DNA from: Clostridia bacterium
GTDB lineage: Bacteria > Bacillota > Clostridia > Oscillospirales > CAG-272
Assembly (NCBI GenBank): GCA_017958705.1
Contig: JAGDCE010000208.1
Span: forward strand, 1-35,818
Length of the DNA: 35,818 nucleotides
Direction of reading: 5' to 3'
In this document: positions 33,633-35,818 of the stretch, piece by piece
Layout: each line of letters opens with the position of its first letter
Position numbering within the stretch: the stretch's first letter is position 1
Made by a program: the position numbers and the translations under genes
Notes under the pieces: generated by a model
The model's input: the letters and a program-made list of their open reading frames with translations, nothing else
Told to the model about the DNA's origin: nothing
The model's database searches: none

Positions 33633-33835
33633 TTTTTCCGTTTCCTTTCATTGCGGTGATGGGCGATGACGCCCGCGTTTCATAAATCGCACGGCACCGC
33701 ACCGTGTGAAGTTCAAACGCCGTTACGGCTGTATTCCGCGCAAGCGGAAATTCACGTCGAAGCCTAATTCTTTTTATGTATGTTCCGGATACTCAGTATA
33801 GATCCGGCATGAATTGCCCCGACGGGTATGTATTA

Positions 33836-34858
33836 TCATATAAGATGAGCGTCCCACAGACGGGATGCCGTTACCGTTACAGTGAGCTGAGGATTGAGCG
33901 GAGTGTCCGATACGGATAAAAGTTCTGATATCGCATCCTGACACGCGAGTACCGCACGGTCCGATATGTGATCCGCGTACTTTTCCGTCTGCTCTGTCGA
34001 GCCGAAATACGTCGGCGGCGTATCGAGCCCGAGTCTGCACGCCATAACGTCGCGCAGCGCGCGCTGCATAAGCGCCGTCACGCGGCACAGCTCGTCGGTC
34101 TTTTTGACGTTCCTTTGCAGATATGAGATAAATCCGAGCTTGTCCCCGCCCGGCACGAGCAGGATATCTATCGCGCCGTCGCAGATCCTTCTGGTTCTGA
34201 CGGTGTCGTCATCCTCGGTGAATATCCTCATCGCTTCACCGGCGCTGCCGTCCGCCAATGAGATCGCGCGTGCGCGTTTCGGACTGTCGGGTATGTTATG
34301 CGCGTCGAGCACTTCCGCCATCTGAGAGGGCGTCAGCTTGTCGAGCCGCAGAGTGAGCGCGCGCGAGCGGATCGTCGGCAGCAGTTTCGAGGCGTCGTTC
34401 GTAATTATGAAAAACTCCACGTTTGCCGGAGGCTCTTCGAAAAGCTTCAGGAAAGCGTTCTGCGCGTTCGCATTCATACGCTCCCCGTTCTCGATCACAT
34501 AAGCCTTGAAATCGAGCTCCGAAGGGCTCATACCGACGGTGTCGTATATACCGCGGATCAGATCGACTGTAAGCTCCGTTTTGCCTTCCGCGGGTCTTAT
34601 ATATCTGATGTCGACGCAGACGCCGGCGTCGATCTTAAGACACGCCGGACACACGCCGCACGGCGCGTCGTCGCTCTCACACGTCATCGCCTTGAGCAGC
34701 TCGCGGACGAGCGTATGTCTTCCCGAGCCGTCGGCACCTTCGAAAATGTAAGCGTGAGACAAAAAGCCACCCTCGAGCGCGGATATCAGATATTCCCGTG
34801 TGCGGTCGGAACCGGTAAGTCTTAAGCAGTACTTTTTCAACGCGTGCCGTCCTTGCAA
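33836..34858 (-). CDS. holB: DNA polymerase III subunit delta' (HolB)
   Basis: Motifs: HAYIFEGADGSGRHT (degenerate P-loop), zinc module CGVCPACLKI, and FLKLFEEPP. The start is uncertain (TTG 34858 or TTG 34840). Confidence 0.85.
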   Translation of the reverse strand: MQGRHALKKYCLRLTGSDRTREYLISALEGGFLSHAYIFEGADGSGRHTLVRELLKAMTCESDDAPCGVCPACLKIDAGVCVDIRYIRPAEGKTELTVDLIRGIYDTVGMSPSELDFKAYVIENGERMNANAQNAFLKLFEEPPANVEFFIITNDASKLLPTIRSRALTLRLDKLTPSQMAEVLDAHNIPDSPKRARAISLADGSAGEAMRIFTEDDDTVRTRRICDGAIDILLVPGGDKLGFISYLQRNVKKTDELCRVTALMQRALRDVMACRLGLDTPPTYFGSTEQTEKYADHISDRAVLACQDAISELLSVSDTPLNPQLTVTVTASRLWDAHLI

Positions 34859-34912
34859 AATATATCAATATATTATAAACTACAAGAGGGATTTTATTGT
34901 TATAACCGTGTT

Positions 34913-34927
34913 AATTCAAAATGAATT
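34913..34927. promoter_or_regulatory. Perfect 6-3-6 palindrome AATTCAaaaTGAATT upstream of rubrerythrin (candidate operator)
   Basis: Seen directly in the AT-rich divergent region between holB and rbr, about 80 nt before ATG 35009. Rubrerythrin genes are commonly under PerR/Fur-family or Rex control, but the match to any consensus is not established here. Confidence 0.3.
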
Positions 34928-35008
34928 TATTTCGTTTTTCGCGGTCAGCGGATGATTTTTTCGCGTTTTTGACGTCAATAATACTAAAAACCCGAAAGGA
35001 GAATAAAA

Positions 35009-35584
35009 ATGGAACTGAAAAACTCGCAGACTTGCAAAAATCTTTTGAACTCTTACGTTGCCGAATGTCTTGCGTCCGAAAGATACGATATGATGGCGAA
35101 GGCCGCGAAGCAGATCGGCAAATATGAGGTTTACGAGGCGCTGTCCGAGGTGCGCAGGAACGAGTGCTTCCACGCCGAGGCGTTCCGGGAAAAGCTGATA
35201 CCCGCAGTGGTCGACTGCGACGTGAAGATCGACGCGGGGCTTCCGTTCCGTGAGAACGGCGACCTGATGCACGACCTGAAAACGGCGGCGGATATCGAAT
35301 ACGACGAAAGCCTGAACATCTACGCCGGATTCGCGAAAACTGCGCGTGATGAGGGCTTTCCGGACATAGCCGACCTGTTTGAGCTCGTCGGCGCCGTGGA
35401 GCACTGCCACATGCTGATGCTTAACGAGATCAGAAGCCAGCTGTGCGACGACACGATGTACCGCCGCGGCACGCCGACGAAATGGAAGTGTTCCAACTGC
35501 GGTCACGAGCAGACTACTGAGGAGGCGCCCGTCAGATGCCCGCTTTGCGGATCGGATCAGGGCTACGTCAAGCTGAGGATGTGA
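35009..35584 (+). CDS. rbr: Rubrerythrin (ferritin-like di-iron domain plus C-terminal rubredoxin-like CxxC...CxxC)
   Basis: SD AAAGGAG. ExxH motifs at NECFHAE and AVEHCHML. The C-terminal zinc/iron motif is KCSNCG...RCPLCG. Confidence 0.9.
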   Translation: MELKNSQTCKNLLNSYVAECLASERYDMMAKAAKQIGKYEVYEALSEVRRNECFHAEAFREKLIPAVVDCDVKIDAGLPFRENGDLMHDLKTAADIEYDESLNIYAGFAKTARDEGFPDIADLFELVGAVEHCHMLMLNEIRSQLCDDTMYRRGTPTKWKCSNCGHEQTTEEAPVRCPLCGSDQGYVKLRM

Positions 35585-35683
35585 TTTTTGTCCGCGGATA
35601 AAAAGCGCGGGCGCCGAATGCCCGACCGTCATAAGGATATTTTTTTCACCTCACGTTCGAGTGGTGAGTAAGTGCGCACTTAA

Positions 35684-35719
35684 CAAAAGCAGACTGAGAA
35701 CAAAATCAGTCTGCTTTTT
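35684..35719 (+). terminator. Intrinsic terminator
   Basis: The stem is AGCAGACTGA-9 nt loop-TCAGTCTGCT, followed by TTTTT. It lies about 100 nt downstream of the rbr stop. Confidence 0.65.
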
Positions 35720-35734
35720 CGTGTTCAACCGGTA

Positions 35735-35818
35735 TAATGAAGACGTTCGCTTCGCTCACTAATGAAGACGGCTATGCCCTAATGAAGACGGCAACTTGGT
35801 TGCCTAATGAAGCGAAGA
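35735..35818 (+). repeat. Tandem short repeat array (TAATGAAGAC units), truncated by the window end
   Basis: TAATGAAGAC at 35735, 35760 and 35780, and TAATGAAGC at 35805, giving spacings of 25, 20 and 25 nt. Spacers include the GC mini-hairpin GGCAAC-ttg-GTTGCC. The first unit plus spacer matches the minus strand of 1378-1401 at 20/24. Confidence 0.6.

Noticed and set aside
34916-35632. 238-aa minus-strand ORF opposite rubrerythrin
   Set aside because: The plus-strand frame has the ExxH pairs and the CxxC rubredoxin-like tail plus a strong SD. The minus frame has none of these.
35735-35818. Possible CRISPR array
   Set aside because: The repeat units are only 9-10 nt and the spacers 10-16 nt, far below CRISPR dimensions. 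No cas genes are in the window.
1-35818. Defence islands, prophage, IS elements, toxin-antitoxin pairs
   Set aside because: I looked for integrase/transposase-like ORFs, terminal inverted repeats, nuclease/ATPase/helicase defence-type gene sets and small paired ORFs, and found none I could support. The gene content is core metabolism, sporulation or exported proteins.

Overview
Chromosomal segment from a moderately GC-rich, spore-forming Firmicute (Clostridia-like), judged from yqfC, yqfD, a ylbJ-like gene, yaaT/ricT and the holB...rsmI...metG-tatD and phoH-ybeY-era-recO neighbourhoods. I support about 38 protein-coding genes, mostly on the minus strand and tightly packed, with many 1-4 nt start/stop overlaps. 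I found no rRNA, tRNA, CRISPR array, transposase, integrase or recognisable defence system. Housekeeping blocks are mutS2-recO-era-ybeY-phoH-yqfD-yqfC (14.7-21.7 kb) and holB-yaaT-radC-uvrB-rsmI-nagA-membrane-metG-tatD (24.4-34.9 kb). The left third is accessory-looking: a YD-repeat lipoprotein, a GNAT/YoaP protein, a SAM methyltransferase and a 685-aa lipoprotein. It is followed by an apparent ten-gene minus-strand operon (about 14.66 to 5.27 kb): acidic protein, rhamnulokinase-like FGGY kinase, two CapA-family lipoproteins, a SIS protein, a long-form PRPP synthetase, ORF96, a PqqD-like protein, a CpsB-type PHP phosphoesterase and a NahK-like kinase. Four things merit a second look. (1) The orphan PqqD-like protein is translationally coupled to phosphotransfer enzymes rather than RiPP enzymes. 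(2) A single in-frame TAG splits an otherwise intact rsmI in mid-operon. (3) A dispersed family of short tandem repeats (GATTTCATC / TAATGAAGAC units plus GC mini-hairpins) occurs in inverted orientation near both window ends, with a weaker copy between holB and yaaT. (4) Several small or unclassifiable proteins have no assignable function. All functional calls come from motif recognition by eye and no database search was run. I cannot claim a definite novel system, and the PqqD cassette is the best candidate.
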